DNA of 64,000 bases from a virus (taxonomy: Duplodnaviria; Caudoviricetes): positions 64,001 through 128,000 of the IMG/VR virus record IMGVR_UViG_3300028048_000057. One strand, written 5' to 3'. Positions within the stretch are counted from its first letter, which is position 1; every line of letters starts with the position of its first letter. A program made the translations under genes and the position numbers. Positions 1-10,273 of the stretch are shown in pieces. The notes below the pieces were generated by a model. That model was not told the DNA's origin. It searched no databases and worked only from the letters and a program-made list of their open reading frames with translations.

Positions 1-1
1 T

Positions 2-349
2 CCATCTAATACAGCAATTAGTAGAGGAAGTGGCTTAGGAACATTCTCAAGTGGATTAACTACATCTTCTTCAGCAATGAATACAGTTGCTAATGCTAGT
101 GGTAGTGATATATCAGAAAGTGCTTTAGCAGGAGCAACTCAGGAAACATCTTCAGCAACTATGGATGAAGACCAAGAAAATTCAAAACAAGCAGATATAT
201 CTACTATTAATATTTATAAATATTTATCAGAAACATTTGATAATAAGTTAGATAGATTGCTTAGTTATGTGGATGGTTTAGAATCTGAATTAACAGAAAT
301 CAAAAGTAAAATGAATTATAGTGGTGGTTGGGGATTATCTATAACATAA
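2..349 (+). CDS. C-terminal part of a long tail protein, probably tape measure (runs off the window 5' end)
   Basis: Frame is open from position 2; Ser/Thr/Ala/Gly-rich; lies directly before baseplate genes. Confidence 0.55.
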   Translation, partial: PSNTAISRGSGLGTFSSGLTTSSSAMNTVANASGSDISESALAGATQETSSATMDEDQENSKQADISTINIYKYLSETFDNKLDRLLSYVDGLESELTEIKSKMNYSGGWGLSIT

Positions 350-361
350 GGAGATTGAGGT

Positions 362-1591
362 ATGATTGTTTTAAATGATGATAACATTTATGTAGGTAAT
401 ATAAAACAATTATTACATAATTTTAATTTACCTATGTGTCCTATTTATAATGAGAATAGCACTTATGCTATAGGTGAACACTATTTAAAAGGTAATAAAC
501 TGTTTGTAATAGATAATAATGGAAATGAAAAGTTTATAACTTTTTATAAATTTGGGGATTTCATTGAAGGTTTGACTACTAAATTTCCTTTATCAAGTAA
601 TATATATGATTCAAAAACACATAATTATTTAGGTAAATATCTTAGATTTGTTAAAGATTATTTAGGATTAGATTTAATGAGTTTATATAATTGTTGCGGA
701 TATGATTCTCCTAGAGATTTAAATGCTCATTATGATAAGATTAAATTTAGTACAGAAGATGTTAGATATACTTTAATTATGCTTCCAGTAAGATGGGGCA
801 AAGAATACACAATTGCTATTGATTATCATGGTGAAATTGAAATGGCATGTATGCACTATTCTAATAATGCTTCTTTAGAAACCTCTACTCAAGAAGGTAT
901 ACCTATGATACAAGGTACTTATAAAAGAGTAGTAGGAACTAGATTTAATCATCCATTTTTATATGATAATTTAAAATCAAGAGAACATAATGGAGATACC
1001 AAAGAAGAGACTCTAACCTTGTTTATTAAAATTCCATCTACCTGTAATTCTTCTATAGTTGTCTTAGAAGGTGATTATAGAAAATGTACTAATGAAAATA
1101 TGTATATGGATAATAATTTAGATGGCACAGTAAATCAATATAAACAAAAATTAGGTGATGAACTATGTTTTTATGAGTTAGGTAGTTTTGAAAAACCTAT
1201 TTGGAATTTTGATTTTGTAACTAAAAATCAACTTTTATCCTTAAACTTAAAGGCTAAAGCATTATTAGCAGATAGATTAGTTGAATATTTATCTAAGCAA
1301 GCAATAGCCCCTAATTGTGATGTTACAGCAAATATTAAAAGATTACAAAAAACATTAAAAAAGGAATATCCTTTATCTTATACAATTAAAGAATATGGTA
1401 TATGGGATGATTCAATGAAGAAATATATTTATAAGTATATTTGGGACAGTGGTATTATTAATAATTACCAAGATATGTTATCTTATTTTGATAAAGATGT
1501 AGAAACAAAGATAGGAGGATTACTTTCTCAATATTCAGATTTAAATCCTTCTAAAAAAACTTTTTCTAATGCTACTTCAGGAGGTAAATAA
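362..1591 (+). CDS. Hypothetical virion/tail protein
   Basis: 409 aa ORF with GAGG RBS inside the tail operon. Confidence 0.6.
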   Translation: MIVLNDDNIYVGNIKQLLHNFNLPMCPIYNENSTYAIGEHYLKGNKLFVIDNNGNEKFITFYKFGDFIEGLTTKFPLSSNIYDSKTHNYLGKYLRFVKDYLGLDLMSLYNCCGYDSPRDLNAHYDKIKFSTEDVRYTLIMLPVRWGKEYTIAIDYHGEIEMACMHYSNNASLETSTQEGIPMIQGTYKRVVGTRFNHPFLYDNLKSREHNGDTKEETLTLFIKIPSTCNSSIVVLEGDYRKCTNENMYMDNNLDGTVNQYKQKLGDELCFYELGSFEKPIWNFDFVTKNQLLSLNLKAKALLADRLVEYLSKQAIAPNCDVTANIKRLQKTLKKEYPLSYTIKEYGIWDDSMKKYIYKYIWDSGIINNYQDMLSYFDKDVETKIGGLLSQYSDLNPSKKTFSNATSGGK

Positions 1592-1593
1592 AA

Positions 1594-2172
1594 ATGCCAG
1601 TATCAAAGACAATGAAGTTAATTGATAACTATATTTATTTATATCATACTGATACATGGTTATTATTACCTGAATATCCAGATTCAGTTAGTGATAAGAT
1701 GATGTCTACTTTTGGACAACAAAATGCTTTAAGTAGAACAGCACCTATTTTCTCCTATAGTAATAGTGGACCAAGAACAGTTCAAATTAATTTACATTTA
1801 CATAGAGATATGTTGGAAGATGTAAATATAGATACAAGTAATTTAAAGTTAGATGTTGATGAAGATTATGTAGATGCTTTAATAAGAAATTTACAAGCAA
1901 TAGCATTACCTAGTTATAGAGAAGCAGAAAAAATGGTTAATCCACCTTTGATTGCAGTTAAACTAGGAAATGAAATATTTGTTAAGGGAGTAGTTATTGG
2001 AGGTGTATCTATTCTTTATGAAAAGCCTATTATGATAGGTGATAGATATGCTCAATGTACACTTAATTTTGAAGTATATGAAGTAGACCCATTTGATGCA
2101 GAAAGTGTTAGCCAATTAGGTTCCTTTAGAGGAATTACTAAACAATTTAAAAATGGTATCTATAAAGATTAG
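1594..2172 (+). CDS. Tail tube initiator-like / baseplate protein
   Basis: PDSVSD...P.FSYSNSGPRTV...PPLI.VKLG..IFVKGVV pattern typical of contractile tail initiators; precedes a LysM-like gene. Confidence 0.6.
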   Translation: MPVSKTMKLIDNYIYLYHTDTWLLLPEYPDSVSDKMMSTFGQQNALSRTAPIFSYSNSGPRTVQINLHLHRDMLEDVNIDTSNLKLDVDEDYVDALIRNLQAIALPSYREAEKMVNPPLIAVKLGNEIFVKGVVIGGVSILYEKPIMIGDRYAQCTLNFEVYEVDPFDAESVSQLGSFRGITKQFKNGIYKD

Positions 2173-2183
2173 GAGGAAATTCT

Positions 2184-2510
2184 ATGGATGTTTTAGTAGA
2201 TAAACAAAAAAGAGATTATGACCATATTTCTAGATATTCTTCTTTTTCTTTTTATTACAATACACAAGATAAAAAATATATTTATGAAATTACTAGTCAA
2301 TTAAGTGATATTGTTACTTTTGTAGAACATAAGATTAAACAAGATGATACTTTAGATTCTTTGGCTTTTTATTATTATGGAAGACCAGATTTATATTGGG
2401 TTATTGCAGATTTTAATAGAATTCAAGACCCATTTATTAATCTTTATGAAAATTATAAATCATTAAAAGTACCTAACTTAAGTAATATTTCATTTATAGT
2501 TAAAGGATAA
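2184..2510 (+). CDS. LysM-like baseplate wedge protein (gp53/tail X-like)
   Basis: HKIKQDDTLDSLAFYYYGRPDLYWVIADFNRIQDP motif. Confidence 0.8.
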   Translation: MDVLVDKQKRDYDHISRYSSFSFYYNTQDKKYIYEITSQLSDIVTFVEHKIKQDDTLDSLAFYYYGRPDLYWVIADFNRIQDPFINLYENYKSLKVPNLSNISFIVKG

Positions 2511-2518
2511 TAATTAAG

Positions 2519-3772
2519 ATGGCTACAAGTAGATTAAATTTATTAGGAAGTACATCTAGAGTAGAAACACCTTTTATTAAAGTTACTATAGGTAAATATA
2601 CTTTTGGGGCTTATAGTAAAACAACTACACTTGAAAGTGATGGAATGGGTGCTTATATTTTAAATAAAGTTCAATACCCTAATTACCTTCAAAGATTAAA
2701 TGTATCTAAAATCAATGGTGTTGTTAATAAATATACATTGGAATTAGTTTATCCAATTACTCAAAATGATGACCCAAACTTCTTTGAAAAAGTATTTAGT
2801 AGTGTTAGTAAATCTCGTAAAATTATTTTTAGTTATGGAGATATGAGTGTTCCTACTTTCTTATATAGAGAAGAAGAAGCCACTATTATTAACATAAAAA
2901 AGGATTTAGATATTAAAAATTGTGCTATTAAATATATAGTTAGTGCTATAGGTGCAGGGTTTAAAGTTTCTATAGGTTCTTATACATTTGACTCAACTTA
3001 TGCAAGACCTAGTGAAGTAATTAAGAATTTACTTTATAATAGACCAGACCTTGGATTGTTAGAAGTTTTTTATGGTATGAGAGACCAAGGATTAGTGGAA
3101 CAAGAAGGACTAATTTTAAGTGATGATGTTCAAGTATATCTTCAAAAACAAACCAATATGTCAGTACTTGATTATATTAGTTATCTTGTTAGTAAAATGA
3201 AAACTACAGGATTTAACTCACTAACCAATAAGGAAGTCTATTCTATGGTTTTAGTTGATGATACTAGTGACAAGTTTAAGGGCCCTTATTTTAAAATAGT
3301 GAAAACTAAAAAAGTTAAAAATATGTCTACAGCATATGAAATTGATGTTGGGTTTCCTTCTCCAAATGCAATTCTTAGTTATAGATGCACAGATGACCAA
3401 ACTTATTCTATATTGTATGAATTTAGCAAAGAATTGAAAGATGCTCAATATGTACAAAGAATAAACAATGAAGGTAAATTAGAAGAGATATATGCTCCTA
3501 TTATAGCAAGTGGTACAGCAACTAGAGATGTTGATTCTATTGACACTAAATGGTGGACTAATGTAACAGAATTTCCAATTAAATTACAATTAACTATAAA
3601 AGGATTATTAAGGCCAGCAATTCTTATGTCTCATGTTAGATTAAATGTAATATTCTTTGGTAGAAAATATTTAGATAGTGGATTATATATTGTTACCAAA
3701 CAAGAAGATGAAGTTTCAGGAAATGGGTTTAGAACAACATTAAATCTCACAAGAATAGATGGAGATGAATAG
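2519..3772 (+). CDS. Baseplate hub protein (gp27/gpD-like)
   Basis: C-terminal SGLYIVTKQEDEVSGNGFRTTLNL hub signature; synteny. Confidence 0.65.
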   Translation: MATSRLNLLGSTSRVETPFIKVTIGKYTFGAYSKTTTLESDGMGAYILNKVQYPNYLQRLNVSKINGVVNKYTLELVYPITQNDDPNFFEKVFSSVSKSRKIIFSYGDMSVPTFLYREEEATIINIKKDLDIKNCAIKYIVSAIGAGFKVSIGSYTFDSTYARPSEVIKNLLYNRPDLGLLEVFYGMRDQGLVEQEGLILSDDVQVYLQKQTNMSVLDYISYLVSKMKTTGFNSLTNKEVYSMVLVDDTSDKFKGPYFKIVKTKKVKNMSTAYEIDVGFPSPNAILSYRCTDDQTYSILYEFSKELKDAQYVQRINNEGKLEEIYAPIIASGTATRDVDSIDTKWWTNVTEFPIKLQLTIKGLLRPAILMSHVRLNVIFFGRKYLDSGLYIVTKQEDEVSGNGFRTTLNLTRIDGDE

Positions 3773-3782
3773 ATTATACTTA

Positions 3783-3791
3783 GTGTATAAT
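3783..3791 (+). promoter_or_regulatory. GTGTATAAT promoter motif (one of about 12 gene-proximal copies)
   Basis: Exact motif 12 nt before the ATG at 3804. Confidence 0.55.
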
Positions 3792-3803
3792 AATTAGAAG
3801 ATT

Positions 3804-4637
3804 ATGGTTACAAAAGGTATAGTATTAGGTAGAAAACAAAATACAAATTTATACACTGTGAGAATTCCTTACTTTGAAAGTGCAGGAGGTTCTCAATGTA
3901 TTTTTGATGCTACTCTTTGTGCACCTCCAAATATTAGTGAAGCCTATAATGAAGGAGATGTTGTTCAAATTGCTTTTGAAGATAGACAAATGGACAGCCC
4001 TGTTATTATAGGGAAATTATTTACTTTAGATGAGAAAGAGGCTAGAGGATTTTCTAAAGTTCAAGCATTAGAAGTATCTAATAGTGCTTCTCTTCCATCT
4101 AATACTACTTTAGGTGGAGTTCCTTTAAAAAATATATTAGAAGTTATAGGAAAAGATTTAGATGAAGAAAATGATATTCCTCTAGAGGAGATGCCTACAA
4201 TTAGAGTTACTTCTTTATCTTATCCAAGTGAAGTAGTTAAATTTAATGAAGGTGATGTTGCTTACTTAAATGTTGTTGTAGAAGGCAATCTTAAGGTTGG
4301 AGATGAAATTACTATTTGTGAAAGAACAAAAAGTAAAGAAAATCCTAAAGGAACAAAAAGAGGAAGAGTAAGATATAGATATAAGACATTAAAATATATA
4401 ACTATAACTTCTCAAGATATTGGAAAAACAAGATTTAGTATACCTATTTATAATATTGAAGATGATAGATATGTGTTTAGTCATAATAATTCATCTACTC
4501 AAACAAGAGATACTTGGAGATATGTTAGAATAAGAAGAAAAATTCCATTTAAGTCTAATTGTAAATTTTCAAATATAGAAAGAATTTTAGTTATATATAG
4601 ATTTGATTCCAATAGATGTACATTAACTATTAACTAA
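3804..4637 (+). CDS. Baseplate spike (gpV/gp5 OB-fold) with a basic C-terminal extension
   Basis: VRIP...GDVVQIAFED...PVIIGKL N-terminal OB-fold pattern. Confidence 0.65.
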   Translation: MVTKGIVLGRKQNTNLYTVRIPYFESAGGSQCIFDATLCAPPNISEAYNEGDVVQIAFEDRQMDSPVIIGKLFTLDEKEARGFSKVQALEVSNSASLPSNTTLGGVPLKNILEVIGKDLDEENDIPLEEMPTIRVTSLSYPSEVVKFNEGDVAYLNVVVEGNLKVGDEITICERTKSKENPKGTKRGRVRYRYKTLKYITITSQDIGKTRFSIPIYNIEDDRYVFSHNNSSTQTRDTWRYVRIRRKIPFKSNCKFSNIERILVIYRFDSNRCTLTIN

Positions 4638-4645
4638 ATTTATAT

Positions 4646-4715
4646 AGGGTGTATGTTTATCATCCGTTTGGGTGAATATTAAAAGTCTTGTTAAAGGGCT
4701 TAAGTTGAACATCCT
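4646..4715 (+). ncRNA. Putative three-way-junction structured RNA
   Basis: P1 4646-52/4709-15, P2 4653-61/4671-79, P3 4683-89/4695-4701; several G-U pairs that only work on the + strand. Confidence 0.45.
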
Positions 4716-4789
4716 TAAACTATTAATTTATAATTAAAGTACATAAATAAATGCTAAATTTATTGACAAATATAATGGAGGAATGAGCC

Positions 4790-5161
4790 TTGAATAGTAT
4801 TGGTTTTCCAGAAATGTTTAAATCTAGTGCAACTCTAGTAGTTAAAGATAGAGAAGCATCATTACAAGATTTACAACTACTTCTTGCAAGTGAGAAGGGT
4901 GAACTTTTTGGTGACCCATTCTTTGGAGTAAGAGTTAAAAAGTATACTTTTAACCAAAACAATTATGTATTAAGGGACATTCTAGTAGATGAGATTTTTA
5001 CACAAGTAAAAGTATTTGCTCCTCAAATAACAGTAAGTAGAGATGACATTAAAATAATTCAAACAGGAAACACTTTAGTTACTAATATTAAAGGAATCAA
5101 CAAACTTGATTTTACTACAGATATGTATCAATTAGAGTTGTTTAATGATGAAGAGAGGTAA
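4790..5161 (+). CDS. Baseplate wedge gp25/gpW-like
   Basis: LLLASEKGELFGDPFFG motif; TTG start after GGAGG. Confidence 0.8.
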   Translation: MNSIGFPEMFKSSATLVVKDREASLQDLQLLLASEKGELFGDPFFGVRVKKYTFNQNNYVLRDILVDEIFTQVKVFAPQITVSRDDIKIIQTGNTLVTNIKGINKLDFTTDMYQLELFNDEER

Positions 5162-5166
5162 AATAA

Positions 5167-8100
5167 ATGATTAATGATAATGAGTTAATGATTAGTAATA
5201 AATCATATATAAATAAGGATTTTGCTACAATTTATCCTGAACTTTTAGACTATGTAAATATATTAACTAATAAATGGAATCCTCAAACTTCAAATGAAAG
5301 TGACCCAGGTGTTGTTCTTTTAAAATTAATGGGATTCATTGGAGACAAACTTAATTATAATTCAGATAAAAACATTTTAGAAGATTTTGCATTAAGTGCT
5401 ACTCAAGAATCTTCCATGAGAAAAATTTTATCTCCTTTAGGATATGATATGAAATATTATCATAGTGCTACAACAAAAGTACAATTTACTTTTATAGGAG
5501 ATGAACTAAATGATTCTAATGGAATAAACAAAAATATTAAGTTTCCAGCACTAGATACTATTATTACTAGTGATGATGAAAGTATTCAATTTGTACTTGT
5601 AAATTCACTTGAGTTGGATGCTAAAAATATTCCTAATTCTGCATTAGCCATTCAAGGGAGAAAAGAAACTTTAACTATTGGGGATAAAGATGTTATTTTA
5701 TTGGAAAACATTGATTCTAATAATAGAGTATATTTTCCAATACAAAGAGTTGCAGAAAATGGAGTATTTATTCATAGGGTAGATGATGATTCTAGATGGG
5801 AATGTATATCTAACTTAAATCTTTCTCCTATACATAGTGATGTTTTTGCTTTTGGTTATGATAGTGCTAGAGGACTTCCTTATGTAGAATTTCCAGATGA
5901 CATTGCAAATCTTATAGGAAATGGTCTACATATTGATTATATTATTACAGATGGTAGAGATGGAAATGTCAAGGCAAAATTCTTAACTAAATTAATTAAG
6001 CCTACTGAAATTCTTATTAATGGTACAGATGAAACTATTTCTTTTTCAGAAGATAACTCTAATTTATTAATTATTAAAAATTTAAGTGCTTCTATTGATG
6101 GTGCAGACCCAGAAACAATAGATGAAGCATACAATAATTTTAAGAAAACTATTGGTACTTTTGATACTTTAGTTACTTGTAGAGATTATGCTAATGCTAT
6201 TTATAGTATGTTAGATTTAGATACAGATTTAAATGTAGTTAGTAATGCTCAGGTAAGTGATAGAAGAGATGATTTTATGTATTCAACAAGAGTAGTTTCT
6301 TATGATACTTATGGTCAAAAAGTTACTAATGTAAAAAATAATATTAATAAAGATATTACAGCAAATGATTTATTCTTATATCCTTTATCTCCAGTAAGTT
6401 CATATACTATTGAAGGCTATACAGGTTCATTTAAACCTTTAAATAATGTTGCATATGTTGAAAGAAGATTAGAGAATTCTAAAACAGCATCTCATGATTT
6501 TTACCATCCTGTAGAAAGTGCTATTAGATTTTATGGACTTAAAAATTATCTTAAACTTAGTGCTCAAATTGCTACTACATATAAAGTAAATAATTATGAA
6601 AGAAAAGACATTATTTCTAATGTTATTAGTGCTTTAATTAAAAAATTTAATGCTAGAGAAGTAGATTATGGGTATGAAATTCCATATAATGAAATTCAAG
6701 ATACAATTTTAAATGCAGATTCTAGAATTACTTTTGTAAATTTACCAGACCCAACAATAACTACTAAAGTTTTATTTTCTAATGGAGATGAAAAAGCATT
6801 AATTTCTAGTGATGGACTTGATTATTTATTAACTTTAATGGCTCACAATATTTTATTAGGAAAAATTTCTTTGTTTGATTATGATGAAGATTTTAGTTAT
6901 GATTTTGGCCAAGAACAAATTAGTGGAAAGGCTATGAAACTTAAAGAACTTTCTACTATTAGTACAAAAACAGAAATTGAATTGGATTCAGGTTTAGAAG
7001 AAGAATTATTAGATAATGAAGTTATTCAAATGCTTGCTCCTTCTTTAATTACATCAAATAATTATTCATATGGTATTTATTATCATTTTACTAGTATTAA
7101 TTCAGTTCTAGAAAATACAAATTATAAATTAGGTTCTGGTGAAGAACTTTGGATAACTTATACTGATTCAGCAACTAAAAAAGTAATTACTAAAAAATTC
7201 ACAGAAGGTGAAATCATTCAACCTAAAGGGTTTACTTTAGTTCCTTCACAAGAGGGTAGAGGAGTTCAAAGAACTATTACATTTGAAGGACAGGAAGTTA
7301 CTTTATGGTTTGCTTCTTTAGGTGCTAGTGAAGAGATTGCTATTAGAAAAATTAATAAAACTACTTTTGGTAAACCTACTAATTTCTATTGGATTAGAAA
7401 TAATTCAGATAATCATTTATTTACTAGTGGAGATGCCATCATTAAGGATGATGTTGTGAAAGGTTATGAAACTATTTTAGGCGATGGTGAATATTTATTT
7501 TATACAGATGAAGGATTTAATAATCTTGTCTCATTAGGAAGTGGTACTACAATTTATACAAATAAATTAGATTTAGTTAATATTACTGCTAAAGTTGTTA
7601 CTTTTGAAGAAGTAATGGAAGAAGGTTTATTAGGACTTAAGGATAAATGGAATAAAATTAGTCTTACTAAAGAAAGTGTGCCATTAGGAGGTACTTATTT
7701 GTTAGTTCAAGAAAACACTATTTTAACTCTTACACAAGGGGATAAAATCACTTGGACTAAAGAAGAATCTAGTTTATCAAATACTATTACTTTAAATAAT
7801 ACATTACAACCAATTAGTGGTACAATTGAATATCAAATCAAAGGAGAACAACCTGATTTATTAGAGGGATACAACCTTGGAGAAGATTCAAAATGGAGAA
7901 TTAAATCTAGATACGATATTAATTGTGGTAGAAGTTTTGCACAATCTATAGGTGATGAGAGACAAACAGTTGTGTTTACAAATAAAGATAATTCTACCAT
8001 TTCTTTAGGTGGTGTAGGTGGAGTTGGACAAACCTTTAATTTAAATGAAGCATATCAATTTGCAGGAGCAGAAAGCATTGATGTGTCTTCTAAAGATGTT

Positions 8101-9051
8101 GTTACAGGAAATACATTCTACCCATTTAGTGTATATTGTTATGAATATCAACAAGTGGATGGCTCTAGTTTAGTTTTAGATAGAAATTCAGAAGGATATG
8201 TTGCCATTAAAGTAAAAAGTGGAGGAGATTTAAATGCAGATAAATTCTGTATGCCTAATATTGATGAATATAGTGTATTAATGGTTTATGCTACGATTAC
8301 ATCTAGTAATATTAAAATTAGAACATTTAATTATGTTGAAGATACCTTAATTGTAGATGCTACCACATTTGCTAGTGAGTTAAGTGATAAGGGTACATTA
8401 TATAAATTTGATTTAACCCAAGAGGAATATGTTAGTGTAACTACTTATGAAAATGATGTAACATATTATTATGTAGAAGGTTCAAACAAAAAGATTAGGC
8501 TTTACAATAGTGGTACTTCTTGGAGTGATGCTTCATCTACAATAGAAATCACTAAAGATGGAATTTATAATTTAGAGATTGAAAAAGGAACTACTGAAAT
8601 TTATATTTATAGTGACTACACTACTACAGGTAGTGATGAAGATGATGGATATAGTAAAAATACTTTAATATTAGATTATATAAAATATATTAATGGAATT
8701 GATTATGATAGTGAAATTGGGAAGAGATATGGTTTAAATCCACAAATAGGTTTAGAAAACATTACAGGAAATGATAAATCAGGAAAAACTATAACTCAAC
8801 TTGAAGAAGCATTATTAACAAAAATTAGAGATTTAGATAACCATAAAGAATCAGGTAGTTTATTAGTGTTAGACCCTCAATTCTACTACACTTGTAGAAT
8901 TCATAATTCAAATGTTATTGAATCTAAGGATTTAACTACTCCACAATCTTTATATGATATTAATAATTTTGCTAATAAGTTTGTCATTTCACAAATTGAT
9001 TTTGAAAAAATAAGTGATGATATAGATATATTAAGGAGTTCTAGATTATGA
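5167..9051 (+). CDS. Baseplate J / gp6-like wedge protein with a long C-terminal extension
   Basis: KDF..I..EL...W...NESDPGVVLL; GADPETIDE; LVT.RDY motifs. Confidence 0.8.
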   Translation: MINDNELMISNKSYINKDFATIYPELLDYVNILTNKWNPQTSNESDPGVVLLKLMGFIGDKLNYNSDKNILEDFALSATQESSMRKILSPLGYDMKYYHSATTKVQFTFIGDELNDSNGINKNIKFPALDTIITSDDESIQFVLVNSLELDAKNIPNSALAIQGRKETLTIGDKDVILLENIDSNNRVYFPIQRVAENGVFIHRVDDDSRWECISNLNLSPIHSDVFAFGYDSARGLPYVEFPDDIANLIGNGLHIDYIITDGRDGNVKAKFLTKLIKPTEILINGTDETISFSEDNSNLLIIKNLSASIDGADPETIDEAYNNFKKTIGTFDTLVTCRDYANAIYSMLDLDTDLNVVSNAQVSDRRDDFMYSTRVVSYDTYGQKVTNVKNNINKDITANDLFLYPLSPVSSYTIEGYTGSFKPLNNVAYVERRLENSKTASHDFYHPVESAIRFYGLKNYLKLSAQIATTYKVNNYERKDIISNVISALIKKFNAREVDYGYEIPYNEIQDTILNADSRITFVNLPDPTITTKVLFSNGDEKALISSDGLDYLLTLMAHNILLGKISLFDYDEDFSYDFGQEQISGKAMKLKELSTISTKTEIELDSGLEEELLDNEVIQMLAPSLITSNNYSYGIYYHFTSINSVLENTNYKLGSGEELWITYTDSATKKVITKKFTEGEIIQPKGFTLVPSQEGRGVQRTITFEGQEVTLWFASLGASEEIAIRKINKTTFGKPTNFYWIRNNSDNHLFTSGDAIIKDDVVKGYETILGDGEYLFYTDEGFNNLVSLGSGTTIYTNKLDLVNITAKVVTFEEVMEEGLLGLKDKWNKISLTKESVPLGGTYLLVQENTILTLTQGDKITWTKEESSLSNTITLNNTLQPISGTIEYQIKGEQPDLLEGYNLGEDSKWRIKSRYDINCGRSFAQSIGDERQTVVFTNKDNSTISLGGVGGVGQTFNLNEAYQFAGAESIDVSSKDVVTGNTFYPFSVYCYEYQQVDGSSLVLDRNSEGYVAIKVKSGGDLNADKFCMPNIDEYSVLMVYATITSSNIKIRTFNYVEDTLIVDATTFASELSDKGTLYKFDLTQEEYVSVTTYENDVTYYYVEGSNKKIRLYNSGTSWSDASSTIEITKDGIYNLEIEKGTTEIYIYSDYTTTGSDEDDGYSKNTLILDYIKYINGIDYDSEIGKRYGLNPQIGLENITGNDKSGKTITQLEEALLTKIRDLDNHKESGSLLVLDPQFYYTCRIHNSNVIESKDLTTPQSLYDINNFANKFVISQIDFEKISDDIDILRSSRL

Positions 9052-9749
9052 TAAGAACAAGGAATTTAGTTCCAGAAGTTTATTATAATGAATCAAGAGA
9101 CTTTCAAACTATTGGAAGAACTTTTGAAATACTTATTAATTATCTTAAAACAAATGTAGATTTAATTAAAGAATTGCCCTATAGTAAAAACAGTGATGAA
9201 CATATGCTTCCTCTTATGGCTACTACCTTAGGATTCACTAATAAAAGAAATTATAATACTAATGAGTTAAGAATTTTATGTTCTTCATTTAGTGAACTAT
9301 TAAGAAAAAAAGGTTCTAAAGAATCTGTAATAATGGCAGTAACTTTAATGCTACATGCACATCATATTAATGAACCTGCTAAAGTAGTAGAAGACCCTAA
9401 TGATAGATTTAATTATTTAATTTATATTCCATATGAATTAAAAGATACCACAATGTTAGAAGATATTTTTGATTATATTCTTCCTTGTGGATTTACTTAT
9501 AACTTTATCTATGCTTCAGTTGGAATGACATTTGAAGATGCTACTTCAATTGGTGTGGAAGATAAGTATGCTTATAGATTCTATGGAAATAATATTTCAA
9601 ATCCACAAATAAGTAAAATTGCTACCCCAGATTCAGTAGCAAAATCTCCAAGCATGCCAAGTTCAGGAGTTCAAATTCCAGAAGAGGAATTAACACTTAT
9701 TTCAAGTACAACTACATTAAAACCTGATGATGGAGAAAGTGAGGAATAG
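9048..9749 (+). CDS. Baseplate/tail protein (P2 gpI-like)
   Basis: LPLMATTLGF...LLRKKGS...ILPCG pattern; follows baseplate J. Confidence 0.6.
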   Translation: MIRTRNLVPEVYYNESRDFQTIGRTFEILINYLKTNVDLIKELPYSKNSDEHMLPLMATTLGFTNKRNYNTNELRILCSSFSELLRKKGSKESVIMAVTLMLHAHHINEPAKVVEDPNDRFNYLIYIPYELKDTTMLEDIFDYILPCGFTYNFIYASVGMTFEDATSIGVEDKYAYRFYGNNISNPQISKIATPDSVAKSPSMPSSGVQIPEEELTLISSTTTLKPDDGESEE

Positions 9750-9752
9750 TAA

Positions 9753-10256
9753 ATGAATACAAAGTCTATGATTTCTTATCAAGGAAATGTTACTTTGAAA
9801 ATATATCATGGAGATAAAGAAGTTAAGACCATTTATAATCATAATGAAGGGTCTTTAAGTTTAATGTCTTTCCTTGTACATTGTTTAGGGGGAGATTACC
9901 ATTATAGTGAAACTCCTAAATATATAAAGGCTTATTATAATGAAAGTGGAGATGATTTTAGTCCAACACAAGAAAGTCAAGTTACACTAAGACCTATAGT
10001 AACAAACTTTCCTCCAAAGTATATAGTTGATAATTCAACAACAAAAGCAAAAATTCAGTTAACATTTTTAATCCCTAATGGTGTTTATGATTCTTCAAAA
10101 ACTATAAATAGATTGGCTTTATATAATTTAGACCACAGGGATGGTTATAGTGACTACCTAGCATGGATAAAAACAGAACCTATAACACTAACAAGTGGAG
10201 AATCATTAATGATTATTTGGGAAATGACATTAGCAAATATACAAGTAAGTGAGTAA
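9753..10256 (+). CDS. Tail/baseplate structural protein
   Basis: GNVTLK...HN...LMIIWEM pattern; synteny. Confidence 0.5.
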   Translation: MNTKSMISYQGNVTLKIYHGDKEVKTIYNHNEGSLSLMSFLVHCLGGDYHYSETPKYIKAYYNESGDDFSPTQESQVTLRPIVTNFPPKYIVDNSTTKAKIQLTFLIPNGVYDSSKTINRLALYNLDHRDGYSDYLAWIKTEPITLTSGESLMIIWEMTLANIQVSE

Positions 10257-10273
10257 AGTGAGGAAATAATATT

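Noticed and set aside
2184-2510. LysM endolysin
   Set aside because: No catalytic domain; its position marks it as a baseplate component
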